DNA of 64,000 nucleotides from the NCBI GenBank assembly GCA_002633005.1, contig NMRA01000092.1, forward strand, positions 417,738 through 481,737, given 5' to 3'. This stretch comes from Phoronis australis (taxonomy: Eukaryota; Animalia; Phoronida). The notes beneath the pieces were generated by a model. It did no database searches. It was not told the origin of the DNA and worked only from the letters and a program-made list of their open reading frames with translations. The position numbers and the translations under genes were made by a program. Below are positions 50,316 through 63,159 of this stretch, in pieces; the first letter of the stretch is position 1; the number at the start of each line of letters is the position of its first letter.

Positions 50316-52771
50316 CCAATCTGCTTGTCAGTTTGGAGGCATGGGTCTTCCACGCCATTTTGTTGTACGTTGCAGGTGTATTAACCTTGTGAACAAAACA
50401 TTTATAATGCCAAAAGATAATGAGATTGAACATTGTCTGATGTTAAGGATTATTTGTTCAGAATTGAGATTCCAATGGAACTTTGTTACTTTGCTCTCTG
50501 TTACTCTGTCATTAACTAAGCGGCAAAATGTTTCTGAAATACTGGTCCATGTAAACTGTTGACTACTTAAATTGTTGGAACCGTCTCACAAGATTTATTT
50601 TTGACCATTTTGAAATTGAACAATGTTGAAGCACAATGTTCCATGTGCTACTTGCATCCCTTTTTCACATTTTTGCTGCTGTAAAATGTTGTTTTGAAAA
50701 CGGTTGGTTTGATGTGATTCACGTCGAATGACTCATGGTTCGCGGGGTATGATTCTTGAATAGTGAATGCCTACGCAATTCAGAGTTGAGTACAATTCAT
50801 GTGTAGGGGTGGTGTGTGTAATGGCTGCATCTTGAAGACTTCAGTGATTTGTGCGCAGCGATTTCTCAAAAGATTTATGGGCTATTAAGGCATCCATAGT
50901 TCATTCTTAGTGAATACACGTCTGATCTAGATTTAGTGGACACATCTTGGATTCATGTATAGTGAAAACCTGTGTGATTCTTGAGAAATGAAGACTTGCA
51001 CAACTCGCGTGTTAGCAAGATGTCCACGACTTGTGAATTGTGATGGGTATTTATTTATGTAAGCCAGTTAATTATGTTGGTTTTTTCAGTAGTACGCTAT
51101 GTTTCCATCTTTTCATTCTAGTTCACAGTCTCCGAAATATTTGGCAACTGCAATATACTGCATTTTGTTTGTTTGTGCGTGTCAACAAAAACTTATTTTT
51201 GTCAAATTATTTTTATATGCCTGGGTTGTAAATGATTAATTCTAACTAGTTAAGGGTATGAGCCTGGTCAAAAGTATTCACTCAAAATGACCCATAGTTC
51301 CCCGCCATGATGGCTTGCCGGAAGCCGAATCCATCGTCCTCGTACTCTTCCCTCATTACTGAGAGTGAAAGGAAAGTTACAAGGAAGTTAGTATTTTGCT
51401 AAACCATTCTGCAATTAGAACTTTGCCCTCATAATACTTATCACCTGCCATTTTTCACAGAATTAGCCGCCATGACTGGGAAACCAGCGTTTTGTCTAAT
51501 TACTTTTGTCTTGTTTTCTAGTTTCTTTAATTCATTGCCAGTAATGTGTTTTGGAACACTAGTCACATATTGATGTCAGTTGCAGTGTCAATGTAATTCT
51601 GATGTCAGACTCAGGGTGGCAAATACTCGACTAGATTCTCCAAATGCATTGACTTGATGCTACAACAAGAGGTGCCAAAAATACAGGCCGAAAGTTTTAA
51701 AATCCTTCATCAAACTCAACACGAAGACTGCCAAACAGCCCAGACACCCTCTGTAACTCCAAACAGTATTTATGATGCCTGCCACTGCTTTGTTTCTCCT
51801 TTTTGACTGGCTACCTGGGACCAAAATGAAACTTAATCAGATGCTCGACTGATATTTGTTGTCAATTACATTTTAGACTTCAAGTATAGTTGAAAATTTG
51901 ATGCTGTATGATAGGTCAGTTATCATATCGAGTCCCGAGCAAAGTTAGGTGGTCATGGACCCTGACCTAAGATACTCTGTGATATGTCTTCACCGGCAGA
52001 CATTTCTTTCATATTTGACTGGAGAGTTTCCTGGTGACTTCAATGTAAAGTATAATCTCCAAAAATTGAAAATGTTTCTGTAACTTCTGATGCTGGTGAA
52101 GTAACAAAAATTAGCATCATATTACTAAAAAATCATTTCCAGTCAATAGTGTTGGAAATTTTTGTCTAGCAATAAGCCAATAAGCTGTATTATACCAAAA
52201 TGATATACGTCTGCTTTTCAAAAGTCATGAACGCATATGATCATTTGCCAAGTACTAATGTTTCATTTGTCAGCAAGTTAAGCAATGCACGTCTATTTTA
52301 TTATTTTTAATGTGGGTGATCGTGAGTTTGCATGTGTGCGTGTGTGTACTTTACGTCCAAATTCAAAGCGAATTTATTTAAAATGTTGTTTGAGTTAATA
52401 ACGCAATCACCTGCCTGTGGTGTTGGCATATTGTGTAAATTAAAATTTTGTTATTTTACTTGTCAGTATTTTTTGTATTCTGGCAGTTTGGCGTGAAATT
52501 AGATTAATTTTTATCACCTTTCAAACTTATGAAGGTTTAACAATTGATATCTCATGGTTATGGTGTTAAAAACTTACTTATCAAAACCAACAGGAATGCA
52601 TTCATGCGTATGTGAATCGGAAGAATATTGTTTACTTACTTACTCATGACGAATGTTGATGTTTACATTGTAGGACATGTTTAGTGTTAACATATCAGTG
52701 ATTGTGGCTGTTGGGTTGTGCCTATGTACTGAGTGTGTAGACCGACGATAATTGTCCTGACTTTTATACAA

Positions 52772-52777
52772 AATAAA
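52772..52777 (+). terminator. Candidate FAM53 polyadenylation signal (3'-UTR about 2.5 kb)
   Basis: AATAAA followed by U/GU-rich sequence, after a long U-rich tract. Confidence 0.45.
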
Positions 52778-54645
52778 CTGCCTTGATTTGATTTGATTGA
52801 GTTCTTCTTTGGGATTTACCACAAACACGCCACTCTTAACAGTGCAGACGTATTTAAAATGTCCCGCTTTTGGTGGTCACTCGTCCACTTGACCCTAATC
52901 TTCAGCACACCTGTAAACATTCTAATTTTCACAAATACAGTAAAATCTGTCCAATTTAGGACACACTGTGGCACACAGGTGAAATTTGTAAGTTTCTCAT
53001 TTTTTTTTTCTGAAAATGATACTTAGTGCCAAAATGATGCTTTGCCATTTAATTTCTGCACCATTTTTACCCACGGACAATATTTTGAAAAAATGTGATC
53101 ATTTCCAATAATGTTCGAAACCCCTGAAAAATGAAGGAAGTACTATTTTGGCAATTATATTTGTCCACTTAACATTGATAAACGATTCAATGATTACATA
53201 CCACAGTATGCATGTAGATTCCTGTTGACTTGAGTCTTGCATGTCTGCAACCAAGGAACTTCGTTGGATGGCCAGTGATGGTGGAAATTTGAGCATGAGG
53301 TCACTGGTAAAGGCGCTACTCGGTGGACATTGTGTTAAGTAATAATTTAATGTCAAACCTTTGATGCAGGGAGGGGGCTTTTTCGTGTTGTGAAATGCAA
53401 TGAGGACTGCGAATCAACATATCAAAGCTGAGAGGTACAGGCTCCAGTGCAGATGTCATTGATTATTCAACAAAGCTGGTGTGCCAAGGCAGAGAACAAT
53501 TACTGGAACTATGTATATAAAATTGTGTTCAGTTTGAGCATTGGATGCAGTAATGGACTGGGAAGTGCAAGTTCTGTGGAGCATGCCAAGGCTGTAAGAG
53601 TCAGCCGGGCAGAATCGGAAAAACAAATCATCGTTTCTCTGCAATTTGAGTCAAATGAGGCATTTTCCATAACTTCTATTAGTTGGAAAATGCAAAAGAA
53701 ACTTGGAAAAAACACTAATTCCAAAACGATTCTCTAGTTTTTATACTTATTATTGTTCACACTTTCTTTGAGTGAAATGCAAACCCTCCAAAAATCCTGG
53801 ATAGTAAGCTTTAGGTCCCACGACCCTCGAGCTACGCAATGTCACAATAGAGACCAGTCAACCACAGACCTGCATCATAACCTTGTGAGCAGTATTCCAC
53901 CTTACATGGATGTGGTCAGAGTACACCACTGCAGACTTGAAATAGCTGTGCTACTACACGGTTGTCTCCAACAATTACCTTTGTTAGACATAAAAGAAAT
54001 ATGACGAGACAGAATTTTTACTGCCAATATCTCCTTAGTGAATTTTATGCGAAAATGTTCCACAATAGCTAAACCATGCCAAAATTTTCTGGCATGAATG
54101 AAATGTAACTCTACAGTATTTTTTTCTGATACTTTCAACAAGACTTGCATTTTTGCAAACATTTACCATAACATAAGGCACGTATTTGGCTAAAAATTGT
54201 ATCAAGTTTGTTTTGCTCCAACAGTGATCCTATATAGAGGTATGCAATATGTGAATGGTAGTACCAAAGTGCTAAGCAAAGGATGACAATATGGTATTCA
54301 CTTGGTTAAGTTGCGAGTCCAAATGGACTACAATAAATACAATGGAGAGAAGACAATACAGCCCATATCACTCGAGATAAGAGAACATGCCTTGGAATTG
54401 ACCGTCACAACTGCAGTTAATCCTCATGGCAACTGCCTGTCATAATGGAAAAATAACTGGCATGCTCAGCAAAGCTGGAAACGCTATGTTGGAACGGCAG
54501 ATTGTTACGCATCTTTTTTGCACGAGAGCAGAATTGGCGGTCAAGCTGGAAAATAAAGTTAACAGACATATGTATGTACAAACATGCATTTAAACAGGGA
54601 CTAATAGAGCATAAATTAAGACTTTCACAGACTGATTAATACACA

Positions 54646-54651
54646 TTTATT
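54646..54651 (-). terminator. Candidate YKT6 polyadenylation signal
   Basis: AATAAA on the - strand about 480 nt after the stop codon. Confidence 0.5.
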
Positions 54652-55128
54652 GATTAAATTAAATTAACACTTGAGCTAAATGTATCATTACACAGGGGGA
54701 CCAATCGACTGAAAGGAGTCCTTCTGCAGGGATGGATCCAAGGGTAAACTGAGTGGAAATCCACCAGCAGTAGATACTTTTCAAGAACTGCAGTTAAATG
54801 AATACTGCCTGACCACTAAGCCTCTCACTGTCATTTAAGTTAGACAGGCGTCCCACATGTGTGATTAAACTATTCGTCCAGTCTTCCAAAACTGTTGGAT
54901 CTGCTAGTGGTGAGGATACACTCAGTAGATGTGAATGTGAAAGCCAGGTGGGCACTGTAATTATCGTGGCGTCTTCTGTCTCTGTCAGTCATATGTTGAA
55001 GGATTAATAATTCTCTCTCATAGTACAACACATCAGCACATCCAGTTTTGGAATGTTCCTGCCCAGTCTTGACAGGTCCAGCCACAGTGGAGGATAATTG
55101 TCCGATACCGAGACGCAATAATGCTGAT

Positions 55129-55164
55129 TTAAAGAATGACACAGCAACGATTAGTCTGTTTGGC
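55129..55164 (-). CDS. YKT6: YKT6 last exon (AKQTNRCCVIL*)
   Basis: tttcag|GCC...CTT TAA; CCaaX prenylation motif. Confidence 0.93.
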   Translation of the reverse strand, partial: AKQTNRCCVIL

Positions 55165-58100
55165 CTGAAACAGGAAGTAAAAAGAAATAAAAACAGCAAA
55201 ACACAATGCCACAAAAAAAATTTGTCATTCTGTGGATAGACATTTTTCAGTGTTTAAAAATTCATACAAACTGCTAAATACTCTTTATACAGTACAAAAC
55301 AAATGTAACCAGACAAAGCACCATTTCCTCATCATAGCCGCCAATTCTGGTATTAAAACAGCAAAAATCACTAGAAAAAGTAATAACCATTAGGGCCACA
55401 AAATTAGGACTTAAGCACCGTTCTACCTTTTCTATGAATTCCCCCTTTATTCTCAGTTATGAGATAAGACCTCTCTATCTCGCTTCCGTGCACCAGTCAC
55501 AATGGAAAATTCCGGGTCATTTTGACTAAATACTTTTGACTTGCTCTGCATTTTCCATCAACAAAAACAGTCAATGTCTTTACTATCAGTGCTCCTGCTA
55601 ACTCCTGACAAAAGATAACATAAATCACTACAACCTTTCTATTGTGCAAGTATTTTGACACAACCAAGTTTTCATTGGTACTTACAGTTTTGTAAAATGC
55701 TTTAGACTGAGTACTTAGATCTTCTGACTTTCCTACTAGGTCATCAAGCTTCTCACCTCTTTCTAAAACTGCCTCTATTGTGTTGTGCTGAAATGAAACA
55801 TACCGGGGATATCATGCTGCTTCTGTCACATGACTGTAAAACGAAGGTTATCACGGACGGAACCCAGATGAAATTCAATACCAGCGCAGGCAATAAATTA
55901 AATCCAATCGAATTTTATGTTTGACTTGTGCTTTCTTTCGGTAATACTTATAAATCATTCGTAAGTATCATGAAAAAACAACAACAGAGCACTATGCCCG
56001 CTAACACGACCCAAGCCTGCAAAAACTGACAATATGCCTAAGCACACAACAATTATTTGCCCTCATGCTTCAGGTTCAGATTTTACTTTAGACGCTTCCC
56101 CAGGCTTATGAATGTTTCTGACTATTGTGCGACGAAACACATACTGACCAGCAAATTATCTGTACTAAATTGTATCTAATGATACTAGCTCAGCTATGTT
56201 TCACTGATGAAACAATAGCAAAATATTGTTTCTGCAACACAAACAATACCTAAACCAAACAAAAATACTTACAAATTCCAACAACCAGTGTCGTGGTTAC
56301 TGCGAACCTTTGTCACAACGGTCAAAAATTTGAAATTTCTTCATATAAACTGATTGCTAAGCAAATATTGTCAAATACTTAATGATTGCAAAATATGTAC
56401 ATAATAGTGACCAAGCAACTGTAGTTGTGTGATTTTTTATGTACTGGTAGTGTATTTTTCTGTATTAGCTTCAAAAATGAGTCCTGAATTTCATGTCTAG
56501 ACTTTATATAACTGGAACTTGGCTGTCTAAATGACGACTTCCAATATTTTCATAGAATGTTGAAGATGACTTTTGCACAAAAAAGCAGTTCAGACTTTCA
56601 TTTCTGTTTCAGTTGTTTCAAAGACAATACAAACTAGAAATCCAACCAGCTTCGTGCTTACCAGTATGATCTTTGTTTCATCTAAGTCTGCGTGTATTTT
56701 AGTCATGGCGTCAGCTTCCCTTGGGTTCTGAAAACAGTCGGAATTAATAAAGTACCACCATTTTCATGCACTTACAAAATATGGAAAATGACTATAGGAA
56801 TTCACGAGAAGTGTCAGTTATCAGCAAATGCAATGTCTGAAGTATAGTGGAGTTGTAGGTTGCACTGTAGCATAGGCTACCCGATACGCAAACACATTTA
56901 AACACAGTACAAGTTACCTGATATTTCTGCAGATGGTCTTCTAACTGTGGATAACTAGCTGAACTGTAATTAAAAAGGTACTATTGATAAAAAATGAAGT
57001 ACAGAGGATGCATGCGTTTGAAAATCACCATAATTACAAAAGAATTTCCATCTCATTTTTCCCGGAACACAAATTAATAGGAAGATTTAAGGAGCAACAG
57101 CAAGTGCAAAAGTTCAACAAAAGTTCAACGATATGGGGTCACCGCTAAGGGACCTTGTGGGCACCAGCACATAATGATAAAGAGATCTGAAAGAGCCACT
57201 AGGAGGAATTCTTCAATTATGTAGAAGACATTAACAAACAACGTGTAAGGTCTAAAAATAAGTGGTTTGGTTGGAAAAAGTGCAGTTGGTCTGACAACTA
57301 ATGGTGAACAGGACATATGCAGGCCTCATGGCTTGGCCCACTGCATACAACATATGAGAGAATTTCGCAATTCTCACGTTAATCACAGGGCCATAACAGA
57401 TGAAGAGCTCATAGCTCACGTGGAGAAGCAGCCATTATCTCATTTCTTAGATTTCTTCTATCTGGCCAACATAAATCCTCATTGTACGTGGGAAAGGTGA
57501 GCTAAGTTCTTAGCAGATTACCTTTGATAGCCAATCAAAATTATCAAATCACCTAACACATACAAACATATTTTGCCTTGCTGTGTTCAAGTGGAATGTC
57601 GTGAGGCAAATGTCACTTGAGGCAGACAAAAAAGCTCATAGCTCTCCATGGCTGTGCTGGCCCTAAGGTACTTTGCGACAGATTTTAATCCTGTCAACTT
57701 CTCCCAAGAACATGGACAGACTTAGCCTAAGCCCCATGAGCTATAAACATGTTTTTTATCATCGATACTACTTGACTTGATTGTCGATCTCCTGTGAGCA
57801 ATATAATCTTTTCAGGTCTATCACGTACCAGGTATAACCAAATTAAATATATTTTTTTGTGTATAATTGGAGACCAGGGTTACACTTACAATTCTGGAAT
57901 TGTTGGCCAATCAGCGGGAGGCACTTGAGCGGCAAATTCATCTAACACCTGTAATAAATTGAAAAAAATACACTCAGTATATCTGATAAATAAAATGATA
58001 AGAAACATTTGAACTGTGTCTAACAGTTTGAATGGAGCTAAGACTGGTACAAAAAGAAAAGGCAAGCACCTTTACATATAAAATTGCTAGTTGATTAACA

Positions 58101-61100
58101 TAAGCAGAATTTTCACCAACTTAAGGGTATAAAAACCGTAGGCTAATACAATAATTTTTCATTAGAATGCATAGAAAAATACAAATCGTTTTCAACGCTT
58201 AAAATGAAAACATAATCTGAATTTCCAAACATGGGTAGGAAAATGCGAGCATGCATGACTTAAACTGTGCAAAAAGGAAGAGTAACTTCAACATTTTCCA
58301 CCAGCCTCCAGTTCGGTCGGTAAGCTCGCACTATTTTGGAATGCCTCGAAGTCAGTAAAAATGGTCACTAGGTGAGGCAAAATACACCGAATCCATCAAA
58401 AAATGAAAAGGTAATAGGTAATAATATAAAAAATAATTGCAGGCGGTCTGATACACGTTGTTTTTGAGGGCCCTCTTGGAAAGCAGTGCTATCACTGAAG
58501 AGGCCACCCTCATTTTAAGTATCACAATAATAAATAAATAAATAAATGTACCAGACGTGCGCAGGCCTCGCATGTGGGACCATTGCACTGATCACCTGGA
58601 ACCATTTTTATGCTTTATTAATATATGGTTAAAACTGAGCTGAGGAGCTAGAAACCTGGCTCAAGGGTTTAGCAGTGTGACCTGGTGTGACTCGAACCCA
58701 CGACCTCTAGTAAAGAAAGCGGGCACTTATCAACTAGGCCACACTGCCTCCTCTAAGGCAATAGATACCTATTTGTTAAATTTTACGAAAATCTGTTAAG
58801 GATCTCCGAAGATACAGAGGTAGATGAAAACAAATAAAATTGCCACCAGGGGCACACTGGTAGTCGGATATGTATGCAAATTCATTTATGCCATCCCATT
58901 CATGAAAGGAGCATATCTGCAAAATTTCATGAAAATACATCAATTAGGGTTTTGGAGATAGAGCAGCGGACGCCAGACAGGGATGATGGCACAAAGCACC
59001 CACATATAAATATATGTTCACAAAAAATGAAAAAAAATTATGTAATTAAAATACGAGGCATATGAACAATACAGCGGCTAGACTCATGAATACTATGACT
59101 ATAGCAGGTCTGAATGTACTTTCTAATGAACAACTATAATTTTACAGCATCTGCTCATTGCAGTTTGAATTCCAATCAGTGTTATTGGGTTCAGCTAAAA
59201 CATTTGACTGTCAGCCCAATTTTACACAGTATTTAGTGATTCGACCAAAGTATTTTCGAGTTCGGCCATTGCAATGTTTTCACCACCATGTCATATAGAA
59301 ATATGTGTCGTGTTCATTGTTCAAACCTTGTTCAGCAGGGTGAAGGGAACTCTTTGAGGGTACTCATGGTCTGACACCAAAACTCCAGCGAGCGAGTCGC
59401 TACGCACGAACACATGGCAGAGGTATTCTGCAACAATTAAGCAACAATGACAATAACATTTGGTGTTCACCAACAAAGGGACACAACTGTTGTTAACGAT
59501 ACGTTCAGTAAGAGTACAGATCCCTCATTACTTGGAGATACATTTTCTGTGTTACTTGTTATTCTGCTGCAGTGTATTTGCTATACATGGAACAATAGAA
59601 CCATCCGCCCGCCTCCCCCCCCCTCTGCAAAAGGCTTGCATCTTGGTTATGCATTCCCATACACTGAGCAAACTCAATGTTCCCCACACTACTGAACAGT
59701 CTGTGTCAGTCATTAGTGTTTCCTCATCAAAACTGAATGCAGAATCAAGATGTAGATCTTTTGCAGGGTCCTTTACGTCATTTTCTTTTGTTCCATGGAT
59801 AGTTAATACACACTGCTAGTAAGGGAACAGTCATTAACAAGGGAAGTATCTGTCGCAAGATAATCACACATCTTTATTTTCGCTAGTTGAGACAACATCA
59901 AATAAGACTGCTTTCTCCTTAAATTGTGATATAGTAAACTCGTTTATTTCTGGGACAAGCTCTTTGTGTAAATTTGAGCATGAAACAAACAACATCTGAC
60001 CTACATAAGAATAACTGACTGTACTTCGGGAGCAAGTCTTCGGTTATACAGAATTTGTTAAATGCACGACACTTTTCATTGTTCACAGTCTTTATTCCGT
60101 TGCGTTCATACTTTCGGAACAAAACTCTACTCTCAACTGAACATAGACACAGTAACTGACCTAGCAGATAAAACTCGTGATGAACTACGAAACAATCACA
60201 CAGAAATCCTCTCTGACATTCAGAAATCGGGAATGCGATCTGACCTTGTTGATCAAATTTTCAAGTGTATCCATGAGAACATAGCGACTAGGTCAGTTAC
60301 TGTACCTACGAAGTTCAAAACAAACGTCAAGTGACAATAACATGTGTGTTCATCCAGACATTTTTCTCGTGTTGCCGATCATACAGTCATTTAGATGGCA
60401 CGATGTAGCACAGATTTGTACTTACACGTGCCGTTAATCCCGACTCTACGGGAACTTAAAAAAATCTTAGCGACGCTACTTAGAAAACTTAATGAGGATT
60501 TCAGGTAATTTGCTTGAGTCGAAACTATTTTTATTCAAGCATTCAAGTCGCCATATCGACAACGACGATTTCGAGGCAGTGAGACGGCGAGTTTTCGCCC
60601 TAGGATTTCAGTACAATTTTCTGTAAAATGATCGTAATTTAGCAGCAAAGTTCGATAGCAATGCACCAGAGTTTTGTAGAAATACGTCACAGAGCGAAAA
60701 TTTGATGAATCTTAGCTTTTAATCCGATTTCACTCGTTTCGGAGACCGGGTTTCAACTGCCTTGAGTTATAATAAGCGCCGCCTCTGAACCGAACTTTTC
60801 TAAGCGCCCTGGGCGGTTATTACGGCGAATACAGTACATTGAATTTTTAAAATTAATGAAAATAAATAGGGACCTCTCAATATAACGCCCCAGGTAGAAA
60901 CATAAAATTAGTGAGTAAACGATGTCTAGAAATATGCAGAAGATATAGAGAATGCAATAGAGTATGTATTTGGGACTGCTTCATAGCAACAGATCACTGG
61001 TAGCTTTGTTGTTGTACATTATGGTCCATTTCCCAAAAAACACCACACACTTTTAATGATATACTTCTTTCAAGAAGGATCACCTGTGATTAAATTTTTT

Positions 61101-62612
61101 TGAAAAGACAATCACCCATAAATTTTTATTTCAACTGCCATCCTCCCCTCCCATACAGATTTTGCTGGAACAGCCCTTAGTCAGAATTGATATTAGAATT
61201 GACATTGGTATTATTAAAGGAACTTGTAACCTTTTGCTTGCTGTTCTGTCATGAATGCTTTGGAGGACTTATGGTGATACACGGGTAGGAAAGCCAGAGA
61301 AGTGTAAAAAAGTAGGTCACACCAGTTCAGTGTACATTATTGAAACATATATAAATACCTGCAGAGGAGATGTTAGGGTTAGAGAAAAGACAGTGTTGAC
61401 TACTGATGTCCACTCTAGAAATTTGCATCGAGTTTGGAATTTGTATTGTGGAGAACACTGGCACTGATTGGCTATCACTATAAATACTTAACGAATGTTA
61501 TAACGGACACCAAAACTGAAATTCTTAGATGCCAGCTTGGCTTACCTTGTTCCTTGATCCTTGATCGTCCACCTGATGTTCTTTCAACTATGATTTTGCT
61601 TGTGAAGTCAAGAAACTCCTTTACACTAAAAACAACAAAAGCAACGCAGAGCATTGAAATGCACCCATGAAAGCATCGCAAATGGAGTATTTCTGCGGTT
61701 GTCTACTTGTATCATAAAAAAGGCCACTAGAGGTCTCAAATTAAGTCAAATCCAACTCAAAATGAAAACATGGCAACGTTGCTTTAATAGAAAGCTATTT
61801 ACCAATTTTCAAAAAAATCTATCAGTGAACTTAAGAGAAACAAAGGAAAACAGAAAAAAGTGAAATTGCCACTCGGGGGCACAGCCTTCGTCAAATTCGT
61901 CTGAAAGTTATGGTGGTCCACTATCAACTTCATACGAATACAAATACTAAATTTAATAATAATTTTGCAGTGGGTTTAAGAGATAAAGTTATGGGCGAAA
62001 AAAAACTGCCACTAGGAGGCACCACAGTAGTTAAAGTCATCATGGTCAACTATCCTCTTCACACTAACAACATATTTGCCAATTTTCAAAATCATCCTAA
62101 GAATGGTTTGATTGAGTATACAGGAGACAAACCTGCAACTTCACGGCTCACTACTGAATGTGAGCCTAGAGATCACGAATTGGATTACTGGCATATGGAA
62201 AAACTTGAGTGTTTACAACAATCGTACAAATGGAAATTGCAGAAAGGCATCTTGAAGTAACTACACTATATAAAATCTGATGAATTTTTTACGGAAGTTA
62301 TTGTTTGTTCTTACTACCAAAGAAAAGAGATTACCATAACTTTTCAAAAGAACATTTAACCCACATTCCAGAAACAAATTCTGATTTAATTCAAAATGAC
62401 ACACCATGCCAAGCAAAAAAAGAAAGAAAAATTTAACATAAATTAAACCAATATTTTTTCAGTTACGGAAGACGGATTTTTAGCTGCTTAATTCTGAACG
62501 CTTACCTGGATCTCTGGAAGTAACCAAAGGATGATAGGTCTTGCACAGATTTGAGTGTTCTTACTTTATTACCAGCCCCTTTGTAGAGAACTACAATGGC
62601 GTATATCTTCAT
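55129..62612 (-). CDS. YKT6: Synaptobrevin homolog YKT6 (longin R-SNARE), complete, 198 aa; join 62612-62506, 61625-61546, 59427-59327, 57948-57890, 56963-56918, 56727-56662, 55787-55686, 55164-55129
   Basis: Eight GT-AG exons sum to 597 nt. Motifs: SSFGYFQRSSVKEF, YLCHVFVRSDSLAG, YQNPREAD, LERGEKLDDLV.KSE.LSTQSKAFYKTA, C-terminal CCVIL. Confidence 0.97.
55686..55787 (-). CDS. YKT6: YKT6 exon 7 (HNTIEAVLERGEKLDD...AFYKT)
   Basis: 102 nt; R-SNARE zero-layer region. Confidence 0.96.
56662..56727 (-). CDS. YKT6: YKT6 exon 6 (NPREADAMTKIHADLDETKIIL)
   Basis: 66 nt, canonical splice sites. Confidence 0.96.
56918..56963 (-). CDS. YKT6: YKT6 exon 5 (SASYPQLEDHLQKYQ)
   Basis: 46 nt, phase-compatible with its neighbours. 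Confidence 0.92.
57890..57948 (-). CDS. YKT6: YKT6 exon 4 (VLDEFAAQVPPADWPTIPE)
   Basis: 59 nt, acag|GTG...TT|gtaagt. Confidence 0.93.
58455..58546 (+). mobile_element. LINE (CR1/L2-like) 3' tail
   Basis: Stem-loop GAGGG.CCTCTT...AAGAGG..ACCCTC followed by (TAAA)n. Confidence 0.5.
58547..58751 (-). mobile_element. tRNA-derived SINE, copy 2
   Basis: A box TGGCCTAGTTG and B box GGTTCGAGTC; the body matches 762-968. Confidence 0.8.
58770..59020 (-). repeat. Short copy of the 43.5-kb HINE-like repeat
   Basis: Reverse complement of 43655-43745, plus the CCCACATATAAATATATGT terminus. Confidence 0.7.
59327..59427 (-). CDS. YKT6: YKT6 exon 3 (EYLCHVFVRSD...TLLNK)
   Basis: 101 nt, canonical splice sites. 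Confidence 0.95.
61546..61625 (-). CDS. YKT6: YKT6 exon 2 (VKEFLDFTSKIIVERT...KEQ)
   Basis: 80 nt, canonical splice sites. Confidence 0.95.
61790..62130 (-). repeat. Fragment of the 43.5-kb HINE-like repeat
   Basis: TGCCACTCGGGGGCAC and TGCCACTAGGAGGCAC motifs with a matching flanking pattern. Confidence 0.6.
62506..62612 (-). CDS. YKT6: YKT6 coding exon 1 (MKIYAIVVLYKG...FQRS)
   Basis: ATG at 62612, acceptor at 62626-62627, donor AG|gtaagc. Confidence 0.95.
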
Positions 62613-62699
62613 GACTGAGGTACAACTGCAAAACAACAAAGAGACAGTTTACTTATAGTAGTGACATTATGCGTGATTCTTAACATTCACTTACCCTTG

Positions 62700-62920
62700 T
62701 ATTTTGAGAACCATTTCTCTCTAATGAATAACGATTAGCAGTGAAAGTCGAGAAAACTAGTCACTCTTGAAAATGTCTGCTTGGAACCAGTTTTCATTGA
62801 ACAATGGATATTGCCATTGCTCAGTGAAAACTGGTTCCCAGCAGCCATTTTCAAGAGGGGCATTTTCTTGACTTTTACCCAATTAACTGGTATCAAACCA
62901 GTTCTCATAATCGGAAACCC
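62700..62920. repeat. Foldback element in the YKT6 5'-UTR intron
   Basis: 44-bp arms at 62765-62857 with 4 mismatches and a 6-nt loop; weaker outer arms. Confidence 0.85.
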
Positions 62921-63159
62921 CAGGCCTTAACTCTACTACATAGTCTGTAACTAGCCATCATAAGCCAGGCGACTGCCACTTGTGCCACACAGCAAAAAAT
63001 GTTCATGAATTGTACAAGTAAGTCGTAAATTTAACTGAAAAGAAGTATTTACTTCCAGTTGAGGTAATTGTTTACAATATGACGACATTGACTTACACAA
63101 ATGATTTTGGTATCGTTCGATTCCTCTCAATGTTATCTTTCCAAAAATATATGAATGTT

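Noticed and set aside
54870-55214. 114-aa ORF as an alternative YKT6 C-terminus
   Set aside because: It is in a different frame from the spliced last exon, lacks a CaaX motif, and the 198-aa model is already complete.
58680-58751. Functional tRNA gene
   Set aside because: A and B boxes are present but the acceptor stem and cloverleaf do not close, and it continues into a body shared with 762-968, so it is a SINE head.
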